64,000 bases of DNA from Anaerolineae bacterium (GTDB lineage: Bacteria; Chloroflexota; Anaerolineae; S140-20), in the NCBI GenBank assembly GCA_027021705.1, contig JALUTT010000008.1, positions 1-64,000 of the forward strand. Reading direction: 5' to 3'. The translations under genes and the position numbers were made by a program. Below the pieces are notes generated by a model that was not told where the DNA came from, did not search any database, and saw only the letters and a list, made by a program, of their open reading frames with translations. Numbering within the stretch: the first letter of the stretch is position 1; each line of letters starts with the position of its first letter. Shown in pieces: positions 1 to 9,403 of this stretch.

Positions 1-2
1 GC

Positions 3-116
3 CCGCTGGAGTTGGCCGGCTACGACATCAGCCAGGTGCCGATGGCTTCCCTTTGCGCCGGCCTGAGCGTTGTCTGGCCTTTGGAGGCAACTCAGAATGA
101 TGTCCCAAACTCGTGA
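3..116 (+). CDS. Possible 3' end of a CDS entering the window (PLELAGYDISQVPM...NS*)
   Basis: Open frame from the window edge to TGA at 114-116 with GC3-rich codons early on; product not identifiable. Confidence 0.3.
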   Translation, partial: PLELAGYDISQVPMASLCAGLSVVWPLEATQNDVPNS

Positions 117-223
117 CGGTCGCTCCCTGCCCCTTTTGCACTGGGCCAATTTGGGGTATAATAGGTTACACATCAACGCACACCGAAACCTAATGGGAGA
201 GACTGAGGAGGAGGCAACATCCT

Positions 224-751
224 ATGAGCGATCTCTACGAACAGGTCAGCCAGGAACGGGGAAAATTGGAATCCCTTCTAGGACAGATTCCTGGGTACAG
301 GGGCTACAAAGAGAAGGAGATGCGGCGGGAGGCGGACAAGCTGCTGCGCGATACCATCGCCCGTCGGCTGGAGGAGCAGCGGCGACGACTGCCCGACCTC
401 CAGAAGCGACTGCTCAGCGGTGGGGGCATCACGTGGCTTGACGACGTGGAAAGCGCGCAGATGAAGCTCCAGACCTTCATTGACCGGGTCAAGACGGCCA
501 CCTATGGCTACGCAGGCTTCTTTGACGCCGTGCGGGTGAAGGAGGATGCCTTGGACGAACTCTACACCTTCGACGAGGCGCTGCTCGCCACCGTGGACGA
601 GATCCGGGCGGCCATTGACGGTCTGGAGGCCGCCATCGGCACTCCCGACAAACTGGGGGAGGCGATCGCCGCGCTGAACCGGGCAGCGGCCAAGGCCAAC
701 GAGACCTTCGAGCGCCGGGCCGACGTGATCACGGGAACAACCGAACTCTGA
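224..751 (+). CDS. Conserved hypothetical alpha-helical protein
   Basis: GGAGG RBS before ATG; helical 175-aa sequence with IPGYRGYKEKEMRREADKLLR; 19 bp upstream of the SPFH gene. Confidence 0.8.
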   Translation: MSDLYEQVSQERGKLESLLGQIPGYRGYKEKEMRREADKLLRDTIARRLEEQRRRLPDLQKRLLSGGGITWLDDVESAQMKLQTFIDRVKTATYGYAGFFDAVRVKEDALDELYTFDEALLATVDEIRAAIDGLEAAIGTPDKLGEAIAALNRAAAKANETFERRADVITGTTEL

Positions 752-770
752 CCGGAGAGGAGGGTGCATT

Positions 771-1805
771 ATGCCACGAGTGATTGACGTTATCGAGTTC
801 ATGGATGAGACAGGAGAGGAGATGGTCCACCGAATCCCGGAGCGAGGGCCGGGGGATTTTCGCATCGGCTCTCAGGTGATCGTCCGGGAGAGCCAAGCAG
901 CCGTTTTCTTCCGGGATGGGAAGGCTTACGATGTCTTCGGACCAGGACGCCATACCATCACCACGGCCAACCTGCCGTTGCTCAGCGGCCTTCTGGGGCT
1001 GGCCACCCGAGGACGTCCCATCTTCCAGGCTGAGGTCTACTTCGTCAGCACCCGCCAGTTTCTCGACCAGAAGTGGGGAACACCGGAGCCTATCACCCTC
1101 CGGGATAGCGATCTGGGGATGGTGCGGCTGCGAGCCTTTGGCACCTATGCGATGCAGATTAAGGACCCTCAGCTCTTTGTCAACCGGATTGTGGGAACCC
1201 AGGGGTTCTACGAGACCCGCCAGATCGAAGGGTTCCTGCGGGGGATCATCATCAGCAAGCTGACCGACCTGTTGGGAGAGATCGGGAAGTCCATCTTGGA
1301 CTTGCCGGCCCTCTTCGAAGAGATCGGCGCGGGCCTCAAGGCCAAAGCTCAGGATGACTTCGCCGCCGTGGGCATTGACTTGCGGGCCATCTACATCAAC
1401 TCCATCAGCCCCACGGAGGAGACGGCCAAGGCCATCGAGGAACGGGCGGCGATGGGGGCCATTGGCGATATGCAGCGCTACATGCAGTTCCAAGCAGCCC
1501 GAGCGATGCGGGATGCGGCCCAGCAGCCCGGCGGTGTTGCCGGTGCCGGGGTCGGACTGGGCGCGGGCGTTGGGATGGGTGCGGCGATGGCCCAGATGAT
1601 GGCCCAGTCCATGCAGCAGCCGGCTCAACAGCAGCCGGCCCAACAGCAACCCCAAACCCAGAGCGGTGGCGTCACCGACATCGCCAAGATCCAGGAGGTG
1701 CTGGACAACCTGGATATGCGGCTGGCTGCCGGCGAGATCAGCGAGGAGACCTACAACCGGCTCTACGCCAAGTGGGAAGCCAAGCTAAAGGAATTGGGAG
1801 GCTGA
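771..1805 (+). CDS. SPFH/Band-7 domain protein (YdjI-like) with C-terminal SHOCT-like domain
   Basis: GSQVIVRESQAAVFFRDG, PGRHTITTANLP, KWGTPEPI..RD, LRAFGTY motifs; Gly/Ala-rich linker; GEISEETY tail. Confidence 0.85.
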   Translation: MPRVIDVIEFMDETGEEMVHRIPERGPGDFRIGSQVIVRESQAAVFFRDGKAYDVFGPGRHTITTANLPLLSGLLGLATRGRPIFQAEVYFVSTRQFLDQKWGTPEPITLRDSDLGMVRLRAFGTYAMQIKDPQLFVNRIVGTQGFYETRQIEGFLRGIIISKLTDLLGEIGKSILDLPALFEEIGAGLKAKAQDDFAAVGIDLRAIYINSISPTEETAKAIEERAAMGAIGDMQRYMQFQAARAMRDAAQQPGGVAGAGVGLGAGVGMGAAMAQMMAQSMQQPAQQQPAQQQPQTQSGGVTDIAKIQEVLDNLDMRLAAGEISEETYNRLYAKWEAKLKELGG

Positions 1806-1827
1806 GTCGAAGGATCGGCTCTTGGAT

Positions 1828-1856
1828 GCAGGGGCGGGCTTGCTACCCGCCCCTGC
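1828..1856 (+). terminator. GC-rich hairpin after the SPFH gene
   Basis: GCAGGGGCGGG / CCCGCCCCTGC perfect 11-bp stem followed by TGGTTTGT. Confidence 0.6.
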
Positions 1857-1860
1857 TGGT

Positions 1861-1889
1861 TTGTCAAAGCAGGGGCGGGTTGCTATAAT
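1861..1889 (+). promoter_or_regulatory. Sigma70-type promoter
   Basis: TTGTCA-N17-TATAAT with extended -10 TG. Confidence 0.75.
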
Positions 1890-1895
1890 CCTTTC

Positions 1896-2070
1896 GTTCG
1901 CCTGGCAAGAGCCCCTCGCTGACGTGTTGCTACCTCTCCGGCTGCTGGCTGGGCGCTGAACCGCTTGATGGAGCGGGGAAAGCTCTCCTTTGCCCGCCGG
2001 CGCAGCCAATGGTGGCCTGCGGGAGAGCGTCGCTGGTGTGGAAAAGCCCTCGAGTGACCCAGGGCCTTCT
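1896..2070 (+). ncRNA. Candidate structured RNA (rod-like hairpin; 6S-like or leader)
   Basis: Follows a strong promoter; nested complementary segments GCCTGG/CCAGGGC, GACG..CTCTCC/GGAGAGCGTC, TGGCTG/CAGCCA, GCGCTG/CGGCGC, GCGGG-AAAG/CTTT-CCCGC. Confidence 0.35.
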
Positions 2071-2072
2071 GA

Positions 2073-3242
2073 ATGGGAAAGGGAGGTCATGGGGCGAAAG
2101 GAGAGGGAAATTTGATTGCAGACCGGTTGGGGCAGGAAGAGGAGGTGGTACTGACCGCTTCCTCGGAACTCAGGCAGAAAGACCTGGATGCTCTGCTGAT
2201 CTACAACCCCACGGCTGGTCCTCGCGATGTGCGGCGGGAGTTGGATCGGGTCATCGGCTACCTGGAGCGTCGAGGATGGCAGGTGGCCCTGCGGGAGACG
2301 ACAAAGACGGGGGATGCAACCCTTTTCGCCCAGGAAGCGGTGACCGCGCGCTGCAAGGCCGTCTTCGTCGCCGGCGGTGACGGCACCATCAACGAAGTCG
2401 TCAACGGACTGGTCGGAAGCTCGGTGGCAATGGGCGTGCTCCCCGTGGGCACGGGGAACGTCTGGGCCAAGGAACTGGGGCTGCCGACCTACACGCTCAC
2501 CCATCCCGGCCGGTTGGTGGAGGCCGCTCAGCGCCTTTCTGACGGCGACGTGCGCTGGGTAGATGTGGGAAAGGCAGGCTCCCGCTACTTCCTGCTCTGG
2601 GGAGGCGTCGGGATAGATGCTGAGGTCACCTTCTTCCTGGAACCCCGCCCCCGCCGCACCAAGCGTCTGGGAGCACTGGCCTACTTGGTCGCCGGCCTGA
2701 TGGTCGCCCGCGATTTCCAAGGGGTGCGCACCACCGTCATCGTGGACGACCGGACCATCCGCACCCGCACCATCCTCATCCTGGTGAGCAACATCCAGCT
2801 CTACGGGGGGCTGGTGCGCATCACGCCGGAGGCACGACTGGACGACGGGTTGCTGGACGTGCGCATCTTCAAGGGGGTGGGACTCCGTTGGGTGCTCCGC
2901 CACGTCGTCGGTGTCTTCACCAGCCGTCACCTGCGCGATCCCAAAGTGGTCCACTTTCGTGGCCGACGGGTGGCCGTCTACACGGCGGAGCCGGCACCCG
3001 TCCAGGTAGATGGCGAGCCCATCGGCACAACGCCCATCCTCTTCGAGGTGGTTCCCCGCGCCTTGCGGGTTCTGGTGCCCCGCGATGTCTCCCCACGCCT
3101 CTTCTGCCACGGCGTGGATGGGCAGTTGGCCTTCGCTACCCAGGCAACACCCCCGCCTCGCTTCCCCTGGCTGGCCGAGCGGCTGACCTGGGTCCGGGAG
3201 CTGACCGGCTGGTTCTCCGACTGGCGTTCTCTCATCCCCTGA
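2073..3242 (+). CDS. Diacylglycerol kinase-family lipid kinase (YegS/BmrU-like); true start may be slightly downstream
   Basis: NPTAG, GGDGTINEV, PVGTGN, GVGIDA, NIQLYGG, QVDGE motifs. Confidence 0.9.
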   Translation: MGKGGHGAKGEGNLIADRLGQEEEVVLTASSELRQKDLDALLIYNPTAGPRDVRRELDRVIGYLERRGWQVALRETTKTGDATLFAQEAVTARCKAVFVAGGDGTINEVVNGLVGSSVAMGVLPVGTGNVWAKELGLPTYTLTHPGRLVEAAQRLSDGDVRWVDVGKAGSRYFLLWGGVGIDAEVTFFLEPRPRRTKRLGALAYLVAGLMVARDFQGVRTTVIVDDRTIRTRTILILVSNIQLYGGLVRITPEARLDDGLLDVRIFKGVGLRWVLRHVVGVFTSRHLRDPKVVHFRGRRVAVYTAEPAPVQVDGEPIGTTPILFEVVPRALRVLVPRDVSPRLFCHGVDGQLAFATQATPPPRFPWLAERLTWVRELTGWFSDWRSLIP

Positions 3243-3267
3243 CTCGACCCTGCTGGGAGGCTGTGCG

Positions 3268-4314
3268 ATGCGCTACGTCAACCTGCTGCTGATCTTCGTC
3301 CCCCTCGCCATCCTGGGAGAAACGCTGGAATGGTCCCCCACGTTGGTCTTCACAGCCTCGGCGCTGGGGGTGATCCCCCTAGCTGGCCTCATCGGGGAAG
3401 CGACCGAGGAGTTGGCCGCCCACACGGGGCCGCGCGTCGGTGGGCTGCTGAACGCGACCTTGGGCAACGCAGCCGAGTTGATCATCAGCCTCTTCGCCAT
3501 CCGGGCCGGGCTGCTCACCCTGGTCAAGGCGTCCATCATCGGCTCGATCCTGGGCAACCTGCTGCTGGTGACCGGGGCGAGCGTATTGCTGGGCGGGCTG
3601 CGTCACGGGGTGCAGCGCTTCGACCGGGCTCAGGCCGGCCTCAACGCCACGATGCTCATCCTGGCCGTCGTCGCCATCAGCGTCCCCTCCCTCTTCAGCC
3701 ACGCCATCGAGCCCAACCATCAGGCGGTGGAGGGGCTCAGCCTGGGCGTCTCCGGCGTCATGATCGCCATCTACGGAATGGGGCTCTTCCACACGCTGCG
3801 GGCCCAACCCTCCGACCCGGCGCTCCGAGAGGCGGCCCACGCGCCTGCCTGGTCGGTGCGCAAAGCTCTCATCGTGTTGGCCGCTGCCACCGCCGCCATC
3901 GCTTGGCTCAGCGAGGTCCTCGTCGGCTCGGTGGAGGCGGTGGTCGCCCACCTGGGTTGGACCGAGTTCTTCCTGGGCATCATCATCATCCCCCTCGTGG
4001 GGAACGTGGCCGAGCATCTGGTGGCGGTGCAGGTCGCCCTCAAGGATCAGATGGAGTTGAGCCTCTCCATCTCGCTGGGCTCCAGCCTCCAGATCGCCCT
4101 CTTCGTCGCCCCGCTGCTCGTCTTCGTCAGCCTGGCGATGGGGAATCCGCTGACGCTGGTCTTCGACCAGTTCGAGCTGATCGCGATGGTGGGGTCTTCC
4201 CTCGTCGCGGCCTTGGTGGCCCTGGATGGGGAGTCCAACTGGCTGGAGGGGGCTCAACTCCTGGCGGTCTACACCATCTTGGCGCTGGCCTTTTTCTACC
4301 TGCCAGCGCCCTGA
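3268..4314 (+). CDS. cax: Ca2+/H+ antiporter (CAX family)
   Basis: GNAAELI and GNVAEH alpha-repeats, GSSLQIAL, DGESNWLEG. Confidence 0.95.
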   Translation: MRYVNLLLIFVPLAILGETLEWSPTLVFTASALGVIPLAGLIGEATEELAAHTGPRVGGLLNATLGNAAELIISLFAIRAGLLTLVKASIIGSILGNLLLVTGASVLLGGLRHGVQRFDRAQAGLNATMLILAVVAISVPSLFSHAIEPNHQAVEGLSLGVSGVMIAIYGMGLFHTLRAQPSDPALREAAHAPAWSVRKALIVLAAATAAIAWLSEVLVGSVEAVVAHLGWTEFFLGIIIIPLVGNVAEHLVAVQVALKDQMELSLSISLGSSLQIALFVAPLLVFVSLAMGNPLTLVFDQFELIAMVGSSLVAALVALDGESNWLEGAQLLAVYTILALAFFYLPAP

Positions 4315-5852
4315 TCCCGGCGGTCCTTCCAGCGCAAGAGCCGCAGCCCCTCCAGGCGCAGCACCTCCGGGAAGAGGGTCTTGTAGACGCGACAGTAGGG
4401 GGAGGGGCGGTCACTGCGGCCTGTGAGCCGATGGGTGAGGAGGGGGCAGCCCCCGGCGCACCAGTAGCGCCACGGGCAGGCGCGGCACCCCTCCCGCTGC
4501 TCCACCGGCAGGTTCTGAAAGCCGCCGTTGACCACCCGCAGGGAGGTGAGGGGGTCTTCGGTCCAGACGTCGGTCACCGGGTGCTCGATCTCCATCTGGC
4601 AGCGGGCGATCTGTCCTCGGGGGTCTACCACCAGGTAGGCGTGGCCGACTCCGCAGGGGTAACGGTGGGGCGCGGCCAGGCTGACCCGGTCCAGGAGGCC
4701 GGCGATGAGGCTGTAGGGGGGCAGGCGCTCTTCGATCACGGCCAGGGCCTGCCGGAGGGCGGCGATCAACCGGTCTTCATCCGGGGTCAGGGGGACAAGA
4801 GGTGTCCCTCGGCCCGTCCCCCGGTAGAAGTTCAGGTTGAAGAGCAGCCCCCGGTCCAGGGCGAAGGCCACCGCCTCGGGCAAGCTCTCGGCGTTGTGGG
4901 CGGTGACGGTGATGGAGAGGTGGGGACGGAGGCCTCGGGCCAGGGCTCGGTCTATAGTGCGGGCGACCCGCGCGGCGCTCCCCCGGCCGCCGACGAAGGG
5001 GCGTTGGGCGTCGTGGGCCGGCCCATCCCAGGAGATGGCGAGGCGGATGGCGGCATCGCGGAGGAAGTCCAGCATCCCGTCGTCGAGGCGGGTTCCGTTG
5101 CTCAGGACCACCTCCTGCAGGCCAAGCCCCGTCTGCCGGGCTAGGGCCAGGGCCTCCCGATGCAGGGTCTGAAGGAGATCGAAGTGAAGGGTCGGCTCGC
5201 CACCGGCGTACTTGAGCTTGACCGCCGAGAAGCTGTGGCGCTGGGCCGTGCGGAAGACAGCCTGCAAGGCAGCGCGGCCTGTCGCCACGTCCATCGTCTC
5301 GCCGGTGAGGCGGAGGTAGCAGTAGGTGCAGGCCAGGTTACAGGCACTGGTCAGATGGAGCCAAGCGGTCAACGTGGTGGGGGGTGAGGCCGGCAGCGCG
5401 GGGGATGGGGTCCTCCCCTCCGTCGGCTGGAGCAGGTTCAGCGCGGACAGGTGGTCAACCGCCCGGTGGAAGGCGTCGGTGGCCAGACCGGGCAGGCGAG
5501 GGAGGACCTGGGCCGGGGTGGCGGGGAGGGCGAAGGCGTCGAGGATATGGGCTGCCGTCCGGTTGAGCACGACGACAGCGGCCGGCCCCAGCGGTTGGAA
5601 GACCACTTCGTGACGGTCGGGCAGGGCTGCCCGGTAGAGGCCAGAGGCCCGCTGCCGGCGCACTCCTCTCCCGACAGGAGAGGCCAGGAGGACCGCCTCC
5701 CTCCCATCAGGACAGGCGCAATCGTCCTCTATGGCCTCGGCCTGGAGCGAAGGGAGGACGACCACTTCACCCGTCCCGTCGGGACAGGCGCAGTCCTGTT
5801 CACCCCTTTCCTCAAATGCCAACCAGTTCCACAGAATCACAGGACCGTTCAT
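4296..5852 (-). CDS. Radical SAM/SPASM protein with PqqD/RRE-like region and N-terminal twin DCACPDG motifs
   Basis: CNLACTYC; YAGGEP; SPASM Cys pattern CGVG...C...CRACPWRYWCAGGC...YC; LNRTAAHILD...L..LNLL RRE-like segment. Confidence 0.9.
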   Translation of the reverse strand: MNGPVILWNWLAFEERGEQDCACPDGTGEVVVLPSLQAEAIEDDCACPDGREAVLLASPVGRGVRRQRASGLYRAALPDRHEVVFQPLGPAAVVVLNRTAAHILDAFALPATPAQVLPRLPGLATDAFHRAVDHLSALNLLQPTEGRTPSPALPASPPTTLTAWLHLTSACNLACTYCYLRLTGETMDVATGRAALQAVFRTAQRHSFSAVKLKYAGGEPTLHFDLLQTLHREALALARQTGLGLQEVVLSNGTRLDDGMLDFLRDAAIRLAISWDGPAHDAQRPFVGGRGSAARVARTIDRALARGLRPHLSITVTAHNAESLPEAVAFALDRGLLFNLNFYRGTGRGTPLVPLTPDEDRLIAALRQALAVIEERLPPYSLIAGLLDRVSLAAPHRYPCGVGHAYLVVDPRGQIARCQMEIEHPVTDVWTEDPLTSLRVVNGGFQNLPVEQREGCRACPWRYWCAGGCPLLTHRLTGRSDRPSPYCRVYKTLFPEVLRLEGLRLLRWKDRRDQGAGR

Positions 5853-6336
5853 CCCACGCCTTCTCCTCTTGTCTGTTCCCCCAGATCATCTCCAACCGTT
5901 CCCCATCCCGTTCACCCTGGACGACGAAGCCGCAGCGGGCGAAGAGGCGCTGGGCCCGAAGGTTCTCCCGATGGGTGGTGAGTCGGATGCGCCGCACCCC
6001 ACGCTCGCGGGCCCAGCGGAGGGCCTGTTGGAGCATCTTTTTCCCGATCCCCCGACCCCGGTAGGGGGCGAGCAACCCGATGCCCAGCTCGACCTCCGGG
6101 GACCACCGTCCGACGCGAGGGGGGAAGAGACGGCACCAGCCGATCACCCGGCCTTCCACCTCGCCCACCAGGAGGAGGTGGTAGGGGCAGTGAGGGAAGT
6201 GCAAGGCGTGGAGCCAAGCCGGTGTCGGCTCGAAGCGCCGCGTGCGCATCCAGGGGCTCTCCTGACAGACCGCCCCGATCAGGGTGACCAGGGCCACGTG
6301 GTCGTCGGTGGCGAAGGGACGGATGCGGAAGCTCAC
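5812..6336 (-). CDS. GNAT family N-acetyltransferase
   Basis: ELGIGLLAPYRGRGIG acetyl-CoA motif, N.RAQRLF..CGF; GTGA overlap with the upstream TPR gene. Confidence 0.9.
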   Translation of the reverse strand: MSFRIRPFATDDHVALVTLIGAVCQESPWMRTRRFEPTPAWLHALHFPHCPYHLLLVGEVEGRVIGWCRLFPPRVGRWSPEVELGIGLLAPYRGRGIGKKMLQQALRWARERGVRRIRLTTHRENLRAQRLFARCGFVVQGERDGERLEMIWGNRQEEKAWDERSCDSVELVGI

Positions 6337-9300
6337 CCCACGGCCTCCTCGTAGGCTTCGGGCAGGCCGAAGTACTCCTCCAAGAGCTGCCGGGCCGGGT
6401 TCTCATCGAGCCGGCACTCCCGCTCGACCTGGCGGGCGGTTTCGTAGGCCAGGCGGAGCTCGGCCGGGTTCATCCCCTTCAGGTTCTGGTAGAAGAGGTC
6501 CTTCCCCCGGCGCAGGTCCCGGAAGTCGGGGGCGTACAGCACGTCGTGAGCCAGGGCCAGGGTGAAGTGCTCCACGCCTTTTCTCAGAAGGTCCTGGGTT
6601 GCGTCCAGAGCCTCCTCGCGGCTCTTCCCTTCCGCCCGCAGGCGCTCGTAGGCGCTGCGAAAGCGGTCCATCGCCATCAGGGCCAGCAGCATGTGGGCCT
6701 TGCCGATCTGGACCCAGAAGAAGGCCGGGGAGAGGTCGCGGCGGGGCACGCCGCGCTCCGGGGTGATGAAAAAGTCTGCCGGAAGGGACTGGAAGACCGC
6801 TTCAACGGTCTCTTCTGCCCTCTCCGGTCGGCCGGCGTAGAAGTAGAGCCAGGCCAAGTTCACCAGGGCATCCACCCGGAGGTGGGGAAAGGTCTTCCCC
6901 GCCTCTTCGGCGGCCCGCTGCAGCGTACGCTCGGCCCGCAGGGCTATCTCCTCCTGTTCCGTTGCCTCCAGCGTGGACGCCAGAGGATGGATGCGAACCC
7001 AATCCCGGTAGATGCAGCCCAGTTCGATCCGAGCTTCGATCAGACGGGAGCGCTCTTTTACCTGATCGGTAAAGATGGTGATGGCCTCGTCGGCCAGGCG
7101 CCGGGCCTCGTTGAGCAGTTCTGCCTGGGTCTTAGACGTATACCGGTAGGGGATCCACGCCTTGCGACGCAAAGCCTCGGCTAGGGCGCGGGAGGCCAGA
7201 CCAGCACCGCGCCAATTCCCTAGCTCAGAGAAAATGGCCAGGGCCTGTCGGGCCAGCTCCTCGGCCTGATCGGGCTGGTCGTTGCGGAGTTGGATCATCG
7301 CCAGGGTGTTCAGGCTGAGGGCAATGGGGTAGCGCAGTCCCAACCGCTGCCGGATCTCCAGGGCATCCTGGCAGAGCCGGATGGCCTGACCGAACTTGCC
7401 CGTCTCGGCCAGGGCCCAGGCCAGGTTGTTCAGCGTGTTGGCCGCCTCGCTCTCGAATCCGGGTCCGAGGGCCCGCCACAGGGGAAGGGCGCGACGGTAC
7501 TGCTCGACCGCCTCTTGGAAACGGCCCCGCACCCGCAAGAGATAACCCAAGTTGTTGTAGGCGTTGGCCAGCAGTGCTCGCCGTTGGTCCCTCTCAAAAG
7601 GGGTGCGGGGCTGCAGCCGGGCCAGGGCCTCAATGGCTCCCCGCAGCCGCTCCTCGGCCAGGTCCAGGTCCTGACCAGCGTAAGCGCGGGCCCACCCCTC
7701 CCAGACGGAGAGCTCGGCCTCCGCTACCGGTCCTAACCGCTCCATCAGATCGGCGGCTTCGGCGCGGAGGCGGGCGGCGATCTGCACCGCCTCGTCGTAC
7801 CGGGCGAAGACGATGGAGCGCTTGATCCATCGGACGCCCAGGTCCCAAGCTGCCCGATCGGCAATGACCTTCCTCGCTTCCTCGGGAGCTTGCTCCAGGA
7901 ATTCCAGCAATTCGACCCGAAGCTGCATATCCAAAGCCCTGTGGTAGGCGCGAAAGGCCTCGTCGGCAGCCCGGTAGTAGGTCTCAAAGCCCTGCTCGGG
8001 GTCCCGGCGCAGGGCGTAGTGCACCCGCTCGGCGATGGCGTTCTGAAGCCGGACGCGGGTTCGCTCCAGTCGGTCGAGGGGGGCTTCCGGGTCCGCCTGA
8101 AGCCGCCGCAACTCTCGACGCGCCTCCTTGATCTCTTCGTCGTAGAACCGAAGGATGGTGTCGTAGACCCACCGAGCTCGCGCCTCGGGCAGCCGGCTCA
8201 AAACGTGGCGCTCCAGCAGGGCGTACATCTCGTCCTGGAGGAAGACCCGGTTGTCGGCAGGGCGGACCTTGACGAAAGAGAGGGGGCGCAAGCTCTCCAG
8301 CAGTCGTTCCGCTTCCTCCTTGGTGGTCTCCAGGAGCCGGGCCAGCAGCCGGGCGTTCATCCCCCGCCGGGTCCAGGCCAGGGCCCGGACCGCTTCGTCG
8401 GCCGGCCGACCCGTCTCCTGGATGGCCCGGACGATCTCCCTCTCGAGTCGCTCCCGAACCTGCCGGAGCTGGTCGGGACTCATCGCCCGAGCCTCCTCCA
8501 GGGGGGTCTGGACCTTGGGGAGCAGCCGATCGGCGACGGCCAGGTAGTCAATGGTCAGGGCCAGCAGGATGGGCCGCCCCTCCGTGTAGAGGTGGATCAC
8601 CCGCCGGGTTTCTTCAGGGATCGCCTCCAGGCGGGCTGCCACCACCTCGCTCCCCTGTTCCCGGGCCACCTGGGCCACGGTCTGGAAGTAGTCCAGACTG
8701 TCGGGCTCCTCTAGCGGTCCCAGGGTGCGCTCGATGAGCCGCTCCCCTAGGGCGGCCCGCAGGTCTTCCCGCAGACGAGGGGGGCCGGGGCGGCCAGCGA
8801 TCAGGACGATGGTGTTCTCAAGAGAAGGGAGAAAGCGCTCGATCAGCCACCCCCGGGCCTCGATCCCCTGAGGGGCCAGCGCCAGCGACTGCTGCACCGG
8901 GTCGGGCTCGTAGAGAAGGACCTCGGCGGTGTCGAAGGCCAGCACCACCCGGTAGTCATCCTCCAGGCTGCGGAAGTCCTCCTGGAAAGCGCGGAGCATC
9001 CGATCCTCCTGCCAGCCGATGTCCCGGAGGTCCAGGTCTCGCCGGATCCGGGCCAGCCGTTCCCGTTCCTGCTGAAAGTCGGCGAAGTAACCCAGGCCGG
9101 GCCGGAGCACCGCCCGGATGGCCCGACATAGCCCTTCCACTGCATGGACAGGGGGGCGGTAAAGGTCCACCACATCTTGGGCGGCCAGGACCTCCGGTTC
9201 GCTCCAGGAGCCCTCCCGAAGGCGGCGCAGCACCTCCCGCAGCAGGAAGGTCTTGCCCATCCCGCCCTGGCCGGTGATGTAGAAGACGTAAGGGGCCCCC

Positions 9301-9401
9301 CGGTCCCTTACCGCCTTTCGGATCTCGTTGAGGATGGGTTCCCGGTTGATCAGCTTCGGCGTTGCCCAGACACCGGTATAGTCCAACACTCCCCTTATCA
9401 T
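6333..9401 (-). CDS. STAND-like P-loop NTPase with C-terminal TPR array
   Basis: Walker A GQGGMGKT, Walker B VVLAFDTAE, GRPILLAL (GxP), TPRs ANAYNNLG / ANTLNNLA / ALSLNTLA. Confidence 0.85.
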   Translation of the reverse strand: MIRGVLDYTGVWATPKLINREPILNEIRKAVRDRGAPYVFYITGQGGMGKTFLLREVLRRLREGSWSEPEVLAAQDVVDLYRPPVHAVEGLCRAIRAVLRPGLGYFADFQQERERLARIRRDLDLRDIGWQEDRMLRAFQEDFRSLEDDYRVVLAFDTAEVLLYEPDPVQQSLALAPQGIEARGWLIERFLPSLENTIVLIAGRPGPPRLREDLRAALGERLIERTLGPLEEPDSLDYFQTVAQVAREQGSEVVAARLEAIPEETRRVIHLYTEGRPILLALTIDYLAVADRLLPKVQTPLEEARAMSPDQLRQVRERLEREIVRAIQETGRPADEAVRALAWTRRGMNARLLARLLETTKEEAERLLESLRPLSFVKVRPADNRVFLQDEMYALLERHVLSRLPEARARWVYDTILRFYDEEIKEARRELRRLQADPEAPLDRLERTRVRLQNAIAERVHYALRRDPEQGFETYYRAADEAFRAYHRALDMQLRVELLEFLEQAPEEARKVIADRAAWDLGVRWIKRSIVFARYDEAVQIAARLRAEAADLMERLGPVAEAELSVWEGWARAYAGQDLDLAEERLRGAIEALARLQPRTPFERDQRRALLANAYNNLGYLLRVRGRFQEAVEQYRRALPLWRALGPGFESEAANTLNNLAWALAETGKFGQAIRLCQDALEIRQRLGLRYPIALSLNTLAMIQLRNDQPDQAEELARQALAIFSELGNWRGAGLASRALAEALRRKAWIPYRYTSKTQAELLNEARRLADEAITIFTDQVKERSRLIEARIELGCIYRDWVRIHPLASTLEATEQEEIALRAERTLQRAAEEAGKTFPHLRVDALVNLAWLYFYAGRPERAEETVEAVFQSLPADFFITPERGVPRRDLSPAFFWVQIGKAHMLLALMAMDRFRSAYERLRAEGKSREEALDATQDLLRKGVEHFTLALAHDVLYAPDFRDLRRGKDLFYQNLKGMNPAELRLAYETARQVERECRLDENPARQLLEEYFGLPEAYEEAVG

Positions 9402-9403
9402 TT

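Noticed and set aside
3330..5144. 604-aa + strand ORF
   Set aside because: Off-frame or antisense shadow of cax and the radical SAM gene; no motifs
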